Under the pieces are notes generated by a model. The model was not told where the DNA came from. It saw only the letters and a list, made by a program, of their open reading frames with translations, and searched no databases. A program made the position numbers and the translations under genes. Source: Macrostomum hystrix (taxonomy: Eukaryota; Animalia; Platyhelminthes). From it: a DNA stretch of 64,000 bases. Below, one piece after another: positions 1 to 13,500 of this stretch (position 1 is the stretch's first letter; every line of letters begins with the position of its first letter). Where the stretch lies: positions 8,556,001 through 8,620,000 of the forward strand of contig CATNEN010000029.1 of NCBI GenBank assembly GCA_950097015.1. Direction: 5' to 3'.

Positions 1-619
1 AATCATGCAAATGTTAGCCATATTTTATAAAGTATTTCGCATGAAGCAATCAGTAATTTTTACTAATTTAGACTTACGAAAGATAATTTAGACCACGAAA
101 TCGAGCTATTTTTGTGTTTCTCGTACTAAGCTACGAGTAATTCCTACAAAAATCACAAAACAATTTCATTTGTCAGAATTAAGTACTAACGATCACTAAC
201 TAAACGAGTGCCAACTAATGGTGTACTAACGGCAAGGCGTTTGTATTAACTATGTCAATTAATTTTAAAAATTCGCTTTTTCCCTTTTCGCATGTACATG
301 TTACATGCTGCGTGTGTCTAGAATAATTTGCGAATCACAAAAGCTAACTAGAGATGATTTAATATTCATAGGATATTTTTGTCTACAGAAGAAAAAGTCA
401 TAGACAAAAGATGGAACTGAAAGTAGCATTCAATTAAGATATTTTGGTTATGCGGGGCAATTACTTTATTTCGTCTATGGATGCGCCGGCTTTGCAATAT
501 TAAGCAATCAATCGGGTACAGTGTTCCACAGTGCTGAAATTTTTATTGCCGCTTTAGAAGACTAACGCGTTTACTCACACCTGACACAAAACTAAGACCA
601 ACCGCTGATGCTCTGAGTC

Positions 620-2815
620 ATGGCGGATGCTAGCAAAAAGCGATCAAAGAAGAGGACAGTAAACCCGGCCGAGAAGGAAGAAATCGTAAAGAAGAAACTT
701 ACCGAGTTTTACTCCAACGAGCTTAACAAGGAGCCGGTGCTTAAGAAGTGCTTCAATTCTGAAGCGGCTGTCTTACTTGGTGCCGGCGCTTTCGGTCATG
801 TATTCCTGGTCACAGCCAAGAAGGACATCACTTTTGATGATCTCGATAACATCACTCTCACCTTAGGCAGGGATGAGAAGCATGAGTTTCTTAACCAAGT
901 GGAGCCTCTGAGGGCATTAAACAAATCTGAGGTAATTCTGAAGAAAGGCCAGGGTGTGGCTATGAAATGCGAGACTGCATTTCTCTTTCAAGTGGAGAAC
1001 TTTCCTATCACTGCGAAGAACCTACCGGATGCAGATCCCGAAAGGTTTTCAGTATACAAGGAGTACAATACACTAAATGACATATTTTCAAGGTGAGACT
1101 CAGTCGCAATTACTCGTTTTCAATAGGATCCCGGCGTGAAATTTGCAGTATCTATTAAGTCATCAGCTCCATTTGAATTCTTCTATTTAAATCGCTGCTT
1201 GGATGGCTTTTATGATTTCACACAGATTCGGTTACAAAGACACCCGTGGCTTCACAAAGCCGTACGCTTTCGGACGCCTTGGGGACTATTCATATACCCA
1301 CATTGAGAGCTCCAAGAAGACGAAGATGTATGGCTTCCATTTTCTGATCTTGGAAATCTGTGGACCAGATATGGAGGACATGATGGAGATCTGCAGCTAC
1401 AACTGTCGTCAAAATGAGCAGCGTCTTTCAACTCGGTATGCAATGTTTTAACTTAAATAATGCTGCATTTCATAAAAAACTGCATGCACCAACAGCATAA
1501 ATAATAGAAGTAATCAACTAACTTTGCATTACAGACCAGGAAACTAACAAAATTAAAAAAACAACGATCGTTAGTTACTTCGGTTATTGTAGGGTTGTAA
1601 TAAGAAGTAATCAGTTCAATATACGTTTTCTAGAAATTTAGGTGCACGACAAAAAAACTTTGATTTTGAGTTTATATTTACAAGCGCTGCTATTCGCTTC
1701 TTTTTATCTAGGAATATATTTAGCATCGCAAGTGTTGTCTATCTGTGATTTTATCATTAAAATTGCATTCCCTCAGTACGGTCTTCATGGTTGGCGACCA
1801 GTTCTTATCGAGAATACAGTGCATCCAGGACACAGCTCTCGGCCTGACGCACAACGATCTTAAATGCGATCAGCTGATGACAGGCAAGGGAGAGAATGGC
1901 AATACTATCTACCTGATTGACTACGGTCTAGTCTCGAAGTACAAGGAAACGTGGACGTCAACTATGGTGACTCCGCTTGGTAACCGCAGGTGGGCGCCGC
2001 GCTCCAATCACCAAATGGCTCCGCGAACTCCACTGTGCGAGCTTGAATCTGCCTGCTATGTTCTTCTGCGACTGCTCAAAAACCACTTCCCATGGGATGG
2101 CATGTTTGACCGGCAGATGATGAAGCTCCAGGAGTTCAAGGACCGCGGTGAGGAAGACTTGACGATGAAGACTGGTGACGAGATTCTCTACGAGGAGAAG
2201 CAGTACCTGTGGTTCTATCTTAAGAAGGAGTCTGGTAAAAAGCTCGGTCACCTCACCGAGGACGTTGAACAGGAGATTGAGAAGTACAAAGAGTTCTTTG
2301 AGGAGCGAAACGACAAGTGGGGTGACGGGGGCTCTCAAATGAAGGACATGATGGTCGATATGGCAAAGATGGGCGATGGGAACTACTGTGGCTTTGTTGA
2401 GAAAAAGATTGACTTTGCTGACGTTAACTACATTGGTATTCGCAAGCACCTGCTGAACATTTTCGATCTGTCCATGTACGCCCACAACCTAGAGTCTTCC
2501 GGTCTTCAAGGTGTCATGAAGCTGAATGTTGAGAACTTCTTCAAGGAGAACAAGGAGAAAAAGCAGCAGCGCACCGAATGCGGCCGCCCTGTGTACTATT
2601 ATTTTCCAGAGGGCGAGCACCACTGCTATTTCGAGTGGTTCTGCCGCAGCAAGGACTTCTGGGAAAACAGGCCGGAGTACTGGCACAAGCTGCTGGCCAA
2701 CAGGGAGGACCTGGCTGATATGCTACGTAAGCGTCAGGCAGGCACGAAGCCTGGCAGCGCGCCACTCGCGGCCATCATGCAGCCGCCTGCAGCCGCTACG
2801 CCAGACAAAAAATGA
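620..2815 (+). CDS. Divergent casein kinase 1 (CK1/TTBK-like) family protein kinase, 3 exons (620-1092, 1226-1435, 1777-2815), ~573 aa
   Basis: Gly loop GAGAFGHV, VAMK, catalytic-loop-like HNDLKCDQ, YLIDYG, GNRRWAPRSNH (CK1 GTARYASINTH), ELESACYVL, FPWDG, and RLSTR|TVFMVGDQFLSRIQCIQ (CK1 FSLKTVLMLADQMISRIE). Introns 1093-1225 and 1436-1776 are GT-AG, both phase 2, and join into one open frame (1722 nt). Confidence 0.9.
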
Positions 2816-3594
2816 GCATCGACGATTCACAGAACGCGATCATTTGATTGCGGCATCTCAAGAGAATTTCTTTGTCCTCATTTTTTAGTGTTTTTCTGTG
2901 AGCAACTCTTCCGGCATAACTGTCTCCCACCCGTTGATACTCTCATGAGGCCTGCGGCAGGCAGGCAGGATATTGTGGTTGGAAAGCTGATTGCTCATTT
3001 TATTTCACCATTTGGCGAACAATACAAGATTGCATTGAACACTGTATCGAACCGCCTAAGGCGTTCAGATTTATGCTTTTTATAAATTATTGGTGTAATT
3101 TCGTTTAATTTAAAAACTTTATTGAGTGTTTCCGAATAGAATAGATTTCACTGGAAAAAAAGGTACAGATTGGGTTGAATTAGAAGCCGGTCTGTTTGAT
3201 CTGCTGAACCATTCAAATTTGAATAATTACACCTTATCATTTTTGGAATTAAAAAGTGATATTTTCACTACTTAGTAGGCTGGCGAGGGTTATGCTACAT
3301 TTGTTTGCAGCACATCGTGGCGGCTGCAAGATCTTTGACCTCCAGCTACTAGCAGGAACGCGCTCCCATATGTGGCCATGATGATAAAAATATATTTAGG
3401 AGGCCTGTGGGCAATAGCACATCACTCGGTGACCGTTTTGGTAACAGCTATATAGATCGAATGACGAGCACTGCAGAAACACCCACGCAGTTGTGTACAT
3501 CTGACCTGCCTTCAACATCACTATTGCTTGGGATTGTCCCTTGTAGGCATCAATTACAAGACAAGCTACTAAGCCTTTTCTCCGCCTCTGCAAC

Positions 3595-3671
3595 TCAAAT
3601 AAATGTAGTCTCGACGCGGATTCGAGCTCAGGGATCTCTGTACGAGAGGCAGACGCGTTAACCGCCCCGCC
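3595..3671 (-). mobile_element. Truncated head of tRNA-derived SINE family A
   Basis: Reverse complement reads GGCGGTTAACGCGTCTGCCTCTCGTACAGAGATCCCTGAGCTCGAATCCGCG, matching the heads of the copies at 7.9, 13.1, 15.8, 27.5 and 40.4 kb. Confidence 0.7.
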
Positions 3672-6600
3672 ATGCAATATATGTCGTATATTAGCAGCAT
3701 TTGAAACATGAAATGTAATTGAAATTAGTCGTGAACAACAAGTTGAGCAGCCCGCTAGTCGCAGTTTCAGAGTCAAGAGGGAGCAGGATTTTAGAGACAA
3801 AAATATGCTCAAATTGTGTACGGACGCTATGAACTTTAGTTTTTGTTTGACCGAGCATTATGTTATTGCATAGTCGGCTGACACTTGCAAATTGATTACA
3901 ACCAGAGAGTTGCTTTTTAAAGATGCAGAACACTAATTTCTTCAATTGAGTAAAGTGATGAGTAAATAGGGGATGTCAGCAGAGTAGAAGGCAGGGCTTG
4001 CATATTAGAAGGTAGCTCTGCAACTTTGATGTGAAATGAGAAAAAGTGGCACTGTTGCTTTGTGTAAAATTACTAGAACAATGCTCCGCCGGCCACTCAA
4101 GCCAAGTGGCCCCGCGGCGCACTTTGGTTGGATTCCTGGCCGCGGGCGTTGCTGACCCAAGCGACTGGGCGGAAATTAGCAGGGGAAAAAACTGATTATT
4201 ATTGCATGTTGCATCTGCTATGCATGGCTACTAGCTAAGCTTTGGGAGCCCAGATGGTAGAAGCATTCATTTTAAATTTCTAGTTGTAAGCTGGTAAGTT
4301 GCTCTAACACTTATTGTTCATCAGATTTTCCTATTTGTACGCTCGTAACTAATTTCCTCTGGGCGCTCACACTTGAAGAGGGAAAGGCTGTGTTTGGAAA
4401 ATGTTTGCCATTCAGTCTGGGCAATTGTTGTTTGTGCTGCCAGAGTTGAGTGATGCGGAACTCAGTCCCCCCTTCTGCAGCCCGCTCCGACCCGGGCTAC
4501 TCAAGCTGTGCGTATCAGTCCCGATCATTTCACTCAGAAGCGCTCGCTGCCTCCGCCAATGCCGGCGATGGTCCAGTTAACTTTAATAGATCAATTAAGA
4601 CAACATTAGGCCGGTAGGGGCCGCGCAGGCTAAACGCGTCGTGTACGACCCCCACCCTCATCCCAGATCCCGGTTCCCGACAGCCTTTTGCCCCGTGCCC
4701 TAAACTGCCTTTTCAAGCGGCACCCTGATTGGCCAATTTCACGGCTGGCTAGTCTCCAATGAAATGTGACGGATGAGACTCTCCGGGCCCGTCACTCACC
4801 CGCCAAGAGTTCCCTGCTTCTCCCTAAGAAGGGGGCAATCCACCCTGTTCGACCTCCGTGCTGCCTATCGGTTTCCTGGCTCCAGCCGGGGCTGCAGGCA
4901 GTTTCTAAGAATGCCATACCGGCTGTGTTAAGAGTAGTCAGGATAGAGGCACAGAAGCGGATCAAAATGGTTCGGGGTGGGTGCGCCAGTTTGCTTCGCT
5001 AAGAAGTGATGTGTGATACTTCCTCGTCTAGCCCGACGCGTGAGTCCTGTCTGGCAGTTGAGCGGCTTTGTGATTAAAATTTAGGATGGAATTAATACTG
5101 CTTAAGTCTGGCGCTGGCAGAATGCTATGTTAGCTTGGAATTCCGCTGTCTTCTTTCTTCTCATTTAATTCTTGCCGATAAGCTTCTGCAAGCTTCACCT
5201 AGAATTGGTTGATTGTTTCCAGCGTGCATGGCTGAAACTAGACTGCGCTGAGTTTCCACGATTGAGCTGGTCCGGTCCACAAGACTCAGCTTTGACAGTT
5301 CCGTTGATTGTTCCGAGACGGAAAACAATTAGTGTGTCCGCAGAAAGGACTTGAGAGAAGAGGATGGGTCGACTTTTAAGGAATGCGGGGCCGATGGAGT
5401 CTTGGCCGTGACTGAGGAGTTCTGCTGAGTGATGGCGGACAGCCCGCTGAGCGGTGTGAAGCGGCCAGCTCCATCTTCCCATCCTCATCCTACCGCTTCC
5501 GACAGCGGGGGGCCTCGCGGGCAAACATTTTTGGCGCCTCACAAACTGAATTACGATTCAATTGACTGCTGGACCGAAGAGGATTTACGGTACTGGCCTG
5601 GGCTGGCAAGAATTAGTGTGTGGGAGAGAAAATTTAATTGGTTAGTGAGCTGGCTCATACCTGGTAATTAGCTTTCTGGAATAGCATTCTAAATGGGATG
5701 CAGTTGATTTGCTCCCGACAGTAGGACAGGCTGCCACAGCAGCAGTGCGGACGAAGTGGGGAGAGGTGCGCGGGAACCAGACACATGTTTACAGAGTTTT
5801 GAGCTGTGCCACCACTTCCCCACTGCTCCCACGCCCCGTCATCAGCTCAGACTTGGCCCCATTCAGCCTGCCTCATCGACAAGGCGCACCTTGGGTTGGC
5901 GGGCTGAGGCATGACTGCCAATTTGTTCTAATTAATTTCTTCTCTAATTTCCACACCGCCACATTCCCGGCTAGGCATCAGGCCTTCTTTAGTTCAGCTA
6001 ACTACAGCAGCTCCCGTGGAGACACCGACCTCTATTAGGCGCTGGGGTTGGGCTATAGTGAGAAGAGAGAACAACTCTGCAGTTACAGAAAATATTACTG
6101 ATTTCTTCCGCTATGCTCAGGAAAAGGGCAGAGCAGAGAAGACAGAAAATTCGGTGCGGATTCGAAGATTCATGAGCACACAACAGTCAGCCTAGCTTCT
6201 CTCACACTCCCCAAAAACTCTTCTTTGCTTTAGGATTTCCCTGAACTCGCCTCCAAAACCCTTTCTCCTAGCTCCCCGGTGGCTTCAGGTGAGCGGCTAG
6301 AAGCAGCAGCAGCAGCAGCAGCAAGAACTAACACTTCCGCGCGTGCAGCTAAGCAAGGCCGCTGGCCCGCCGCACCGATGGGGCTCAGAAGCAAATAGAC
6401 AAACAGCGCCCCTTCAGCTAATAGCTTAATAGGCTGTGTAATTAAGTCGGCAAATTCTGACTTCCTCTCAGCCCATAATATCCGGACAGGAGAGCACGAC
6501 TTTCTGAGTTGGCCTCCTCACCTATGACTACACTTGCCGCGCAGGCAGGCCTGCTCAGTGCTCAAAGCGCAGTGAGACAGACATGGCCGGGTAGTGAGGG

Positions 6601-6780
6601 GTCACAGCGATCAGTCCATTGCGGCGCCCAACGGCTAATGGCAAACAAACAATTCTATTAGCGTTATTGACCAGCGGAGCTGGCTATAGGGCCCGGCTGC
6701 GAATTAATTTAGCCTAATTGATCCCGCTATTAAATCAATGTCAGCCAGGGCTCGGGGTGGGCTTCCCTCAGACGGAGACC

Positions 6781-6836
6781 TACACACACACCACACACAC
6801 ACACAGACGCACACACACAGACGCACACACACACGC
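6781..6836. repeat. Imperfect (CA)n microsatellite; a (CAG)n tract lies at ~6299-6323
   Basis: Direct reading of the sequence. Confidence 0.85.
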
Positions 6837-7523
6837 ATCAAACACAAGCCGAGAAAGATAAGCGATGGAACAGACACGCCGAAGGTGAGTGAGGTGATGG
6901 TCTAGGGTGGGCCGAGGCGGTCCTCCCCAGCGGCGGCTCACTTTCCACAATCGGTGGCCCCAGCCACTCACAGATGGCAATTTACTCAGTCGGGCTACGG
7001 GAGGTGGGGTGGCGGGTGGCTCTCATTATGTCACCCACAGAGTCTGGGATGCGCGCAGACTCATTACTCTAAAGTCTGAGGCTATCAATATTATGAGCTG
7101 GCTTGCGGGACGTCACACACCCTGCTGCGTCGGCTAATTATTTGGCCCTAATTATTGATTTATGCTAATTATGAAATTGCTACAATGTTAATGCAATTAG
7201 CGAGTGCTTGAATGTGCATAAATACGTGAATTAACAATATTTCCTATTTAGCTACTGACCTCTTTCAGAGCTGAGTATTGTGCGAACTACACACTTAACC
7301 TAATTTGATTTAAACTTCTTTAACAAGTATCTAAAACTTCTTCTACGTTAATAAAGGCTAGAATCGAACGAATTTCTAGCCGGAAACGCAGCAGCAAGAA
7401 TCCTTACTAAACTTCGAAGCAGGAATCGTAGCGGGAGTCGCAGCAAAAGATTCATAGCCTGGAATCGTTGAAAAAGCGATAACAAATATTACAGAAGCTG
7501 GTAAACGTTGCTGGTATCTCAGC

Positions 7524-7934
7524 ATTAATAATAATAGTAATATAATATTATTAATAATATAATAATAACAATAATATAATAATAATAATAATAATTGCAG
7601 GAGGGCTGCGGGGCAATGGCACATAATTTGGTGGCACTAGACCTGCAGCCTGAGGGGCGGCAATTCTGCCCATTTCGCTGACTCCTGAGCACACACGCAC
7701 ACACGTATACAGGCACACACACACAGGTGTGTACATCTGCCCTGACTTCTCATCGTCAGGCAGTGTACATTTCACTGTGCCTTGGAGATTGGGCCTCAAG
7801 GGCGTAAATTGCACGACAAGCCCCCAAGCCTTCTCTCCGCGACTGCGCCCCAAATGAATGTGGCCTCGCGGCGGAATCGAGCTCAGGGACCCTGGTGCGA
7901 GAGGCAAACGCGTTAACCACTCTGCCACTCACCC
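7524..7934 (-). mobile_element. SINE family A, full length, (TTA)n tail, 13-bp TSD
   Basis: A box TGGCAGAGTGG and B-box-like GAGCTCGATTCC on the minus strand; flanks CTGGTATCTCAGC (7511-7523) and CTGGTATCGCAGC (7935-7947). Confidence 0.88.
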
Positions 7935-10782
7935 CTGGTATCGCAGCTAACCTATAGCTAGAATCGAAGCAGGAGGCCGACGCCGGTTTGCTAAGAAGAA
8001 GTGTTTGCTCTGAGAATCTGCTATGCTTCCATGCAGCTGCAGGATTTGCAACAATACAGCCGATTGGCTAAACGGCAGCGCTGTTTTGATGCCGTGACAG
8101 CTTTATCACAGCTGACAGCCCTGTATTCACTGCCACCGGGTGTAATTAAAAGTCAGGCAATTGGGGCGTCAATCAGAGATAATCGATTTAGTCGTCTCTC
8201 CATGCGCTAGCAAGCAAAGTCTTGTCTGCTGAATGAACTCAATTCAAGTCAATATTAAAGTTTCGCATTAAGCGTCAAAAATTGTTTTTGGAAGCCCCGG
8301 GGGGCTGTGGAACGCCAGGAAAATGCTGGGCAGGAGGTGGTGCTAAATCAGATGCCAATAAAACATCTGAGTTGCTGTTGTTTAGGCTTTTAAATAAGGC
8401 CTGACAATTTGTCCAAGCCGTTGATGCAGGGCTGGTGGAATTTTCAGGTGACGGCTGAGCGGTCGCCCCACTCCGGTGAGCTGTCAATTCGCCTGTCAGT
8501 GAAAACAATTCAGCAATCGGTGGTGTTGGCATTGGACAGGCGCCTGTCGACTTACTTTCTGATGAGTTTGCCAAATTGCGTTTTAGAAAAATGGGTTTGT
8601 GAAGTAAAAAAAGAAAGATGTGTTCGTGAAGTTGTGGAAGCATCGATAGATTTCTATCAGTGACATTGGCTTCTGAGGACCTCAAGCGTAGATTCAGCAG
8701 GACTACAATCCGCACGGCTCAGCTGGCTCACCTATGCGCGGATTGCAGCTCGGAACATCACTTGTGGGCAGAATAATTTCACACCATTTCAACTCTTGGC
8801 CAGGTAAATTCAGGCCGCAACAGGGCTCGATTGTCTCTTGCTCTGAGAATTAAAAAAAGGCGTCGATTCCTCCCAGAGGATTCCTCCCGATAGATGGGGG
8901 GATCGGAAAGTGATTTTCATTATTTGATGCGAGCGCGTGAGACCCGGAAGCTGAGCACAGGCAGGAAGCCGGCAGTGCTCTGACAAAGGAATTTGTTGCC
9001 CGGTTGAGGAGAAAAATAATCGCCTAGAATTGCCTCTGATGGCTGGGCATTGTTGCAAACGACTGTGAGAGAGGTAAAAAATATCAGAATAACGCTCGTA
9101 TTGGAACTGTTGCTTGCTAGAGAGAGGGAGAAGCGAAAGCAGCGGTCGAAATAAAGCTTTGAGACTTTTTGCACGCAGGAATCTTCCGTTTATCCCCAAC
9201 ACCGCGCCAGAGTTTTTCAGGTCAAAAGAGGAAAAAAGCTTGATTTGAGCTGATTAAGGAAATTCTCCCGGCTGCTGTTGTGACTGCCTCGGTTTAATGA
9301 TGCGCCATGGCGGACTCCAAGGCTTGGTCGCTTCCTTTCCTCTCTCTGGGTTTGTTTTTTTAAGCATGCTAGTATCGCAAACGGGGTCCCCGACTCCCCG
9401 GGAACCCAGGAAAATTCAAGTTTTTCCCCTGCTCCACAGCAGCGGCTCGGTTTCATAATTAATTAGGAGCCGGTCCATCTTGCGCGGCTTTACTGGCCAA
9501 TGTAGGCTAATTAGCCAATTATTGCCGCCCTGAATCAGGGGGGGGATTCAGCAACGAGTCGCTCTCCAGAAGTTGCCGATTTCTGCTGAATTGTAATTTG
9601 ATTGACCCGGAGATGAAAATGGCATTTTCCTGGGGGAGGGCCTCCATCCGCTTACCTTTCACTTTAATCTCATTGTGCAGGCGCCCCGGTCCCACTGATC
9701 CCATCAGGCTTGTGCCCAGGTGCGCTCTATCTGATGAGGCAGCTGCCTCATGTGCACCCCGCCACCACAGCTTCCGGCCAATCTTCCCCCGAATCAGTCT
9801 CCGACTACAAACATTGATGCTCCAATTGATTTCTTGGATTCTAAAATGAGTCCTTTGGGCAATCGATTGATGCCTCATTTTCCCCTAACCTTTCTCCCAT
9901 TAGGGAGGCTTTATAAACCCAGCAGCATTCCCTTCCTCAATTTTGCCTGCTATTGCTGTTCACTCCAGCGAATTCGTAGGGCCAGCATGAGACAGTTAAT
10001 TAAGATAGGGGCATTATCTTATTAGATCCCACTTACTAAAGGGAGGAGAGAGCAGGGCAGAGAGGGCCAGCCGCAGATCATTGTGGCGATGCGCTGGGCT
10101 GCTGGAGGGGAATGGGAGGCTGCGTCTGATCCAGGCGGCACATCACTCTGACAAGGATTGGGTGTCTGTGACATTGTGAGCCATAAAGCTGCCCCGCTAC
10201 AAACAGACCCGGATACTGAGCTACTGTGTTAGACACGGCAATTAATAAATTAGCGCACATTCGGGTCTGAAAGCTGGCTAATTCGGCCATTTGTCTCTTC
10301 CATTATCAAATCATTATGAGATGTTTGTCACCGCCGCCGCTAGCAGAGCTGAGGTATTACTCGTAGGTGGCTGCAGATAAGTGGCAAATCAAATTGTGAT
10401 GTCACTCTTTGTTCTGGCCTAATGCGCGGCCGCGAGAACCCAGCTGAACCATTGAGAATAATCTGGGCCGCAATCTGGGGCTTTGTACCTGCTCCCCAAA
10501 GCAACTGAAATGGATGGGGCATTGGGAAGGAGACGACAGAGGAGGTGGCTTTAGGGAACCAAGCGGCACTGGCTGGGATCTCAACTGCAATTGGTCCAGA
10601 GCCTGGTTGGCCTCCCACTCCTCCAACTCGTGTTTCCCCAGCGCCGAAACATCCTAGTCTCCCCACGACGCCTAGACGCTTTAAAATCGAGTGACGTCCC
10701 ACTCTAAGCTTGAAAGCGTCGTAGCTCAAAACTCTTAGTAGTCAAACATTTTTTGAGTAGTCCAAGCCTGCCTTCCTCAGTC

Positions 10783-12012
<1,230 letters not shown>

Positions 12013-13120
12013 CGAAATTCATCACTCACTGTTGCTCTAATCAGACAAAGAGTCTATGTAAACAGTTTTCTGCCTTGCTTATCAGCAACTTTGTGTTGTC
12101 CGTTAGTTTGTTAGTTTTTTATCATACAGCTTCATGCTTTTTTGACCCTTTCTTTGTTGCTATCGATGACACTGCTTGATTCGTGTCTGTTTTTATCGCA
12201 GCAGCAAGCGAGCTGCAATCCGCTTCATCTATCTGCGCTCTAGTCTGTCTCATTCGATACAATTTTTGTTTCCCAGCCTCTTCTACTCTGCCGGCCCTTT
12301 GTCTGTTTGCCTGTACAGCCAGTGCAGTTCTCGGCCCACTTATATAGCTATTGTGCCTTTCATCTTGTTAAAATGCCGTGTAAAAATTGTTAACAATCGA
12401 CTGAAAAAAAGATTAATTACTCAACTGTCATTGATTTCATATCAGAGGAGTGGGGTGGGTGCCGGTAGGGACTTGTAGTCAGGAAGCGCGAAAATTTGAA
12501 AATAATGGCAACATGGCAGGGCAGGCAGTGAACAGTCATCTGGTGGAAATATCATCATTCACACCTTAACTATGAGCTATCAGTGAGGCTGAGGAATGAT
12601 GCCTCTACAGGTGGCTGCTGAAGTGTCCGGGCGGCGTTGAGCGCTGGTAAAAGCGCGGCATAATGGGAGCCGAATTGAACAGCGTAAATTTAATTTGATT
12701 TTTACCTGTCGTCCCAGGTCCCACTGGGATTCCACAATCGAGTCGAACATGTGTCACACAGCAATGAAAACTGTTGGAAAATTTAATAAAACTAATACAG
12801 CATCGATTTCATGCGGGAGGGGGGATATAAATTTATCTAATAAATAGTCACTGATTTTAATCCGATAAACTCAAAAACATCAGCACAAAACATTGGATTT
12901 AAAATTAACTACCTGCTAGATTCCGAGAAAGGAGTCTTGTCTGATTGTAGCACCTGAAAGGGATCTAGGATACCTGACCAATTCTGAGTCATGAGCCACT
13001 CACATACGAGGTACGCGATGCGTATAGTGTTTTGACTCAATGGCCCAGAGCGCTGACATACCTGAGCAACCTGAGCAACCACAGCAATTACAATAGGAGA
13101 GCTGTTGTTGCACGAAAAAC

Positions 13121-13500
13121 GGGGGTGAGTGGCAGAGTGGTTCACGCGTTTGCCTCTCGCACCAAGGTCCCTGAGCTCGATTCCGCTGCGAGGCCGCATT
13201 CATTTGGGGCGCAGTCGCGGAGAGAAGGCTTGGGGGCTTGTCGTGCAATTTACGCCCTTGAGGCCCAACCTCCAAGGCACAGTGAAAGTGCACACTGCTT
13301 GACCATGAGTAAGGGCAGATGTACACATCTGTGTGAGCATGTGCCTGCGTATACAGAATAAGTGAGCGTGTGTGCTCAGGAGTGCTCAGGCGAATTGGGC
13401 AGAATTGCCGCCTCGCTGGCAGCAGGTCTAGTGTCACCAAATGATGTTCTATTGCCTGCAGTCCTTCTGCAACTATTATTATTATTGTTGTTGTTGTATT
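13121..13500 (+). mobile_element. SINE family A, full length
   Basis: GGGGGTGAGTGGCAGAGTGG (A box)...GAGCTCGATTCC (B box), shared ~250-bp body, (TTA)n/(TTG)n tail. Confidence 0.88.

Noticed and set aside
1958-2485. Antisense and alternative-frame ORFs over real exons (e.g. 1958-2485, 15131-15415, 22243-22626, 39840-40598)
   Set aside because: They are shadows of GC3-rich coding sequence, with no independent motifs.
13121-13200. tRNA genes at the A/B-box sequences (also 7.9, 15.8, 19.7, 27.5, 41.1, 43.1 kb)
   Set aside because: No complete acceptor stem or cloverleaf; each continues into a shared SINE body and tail.
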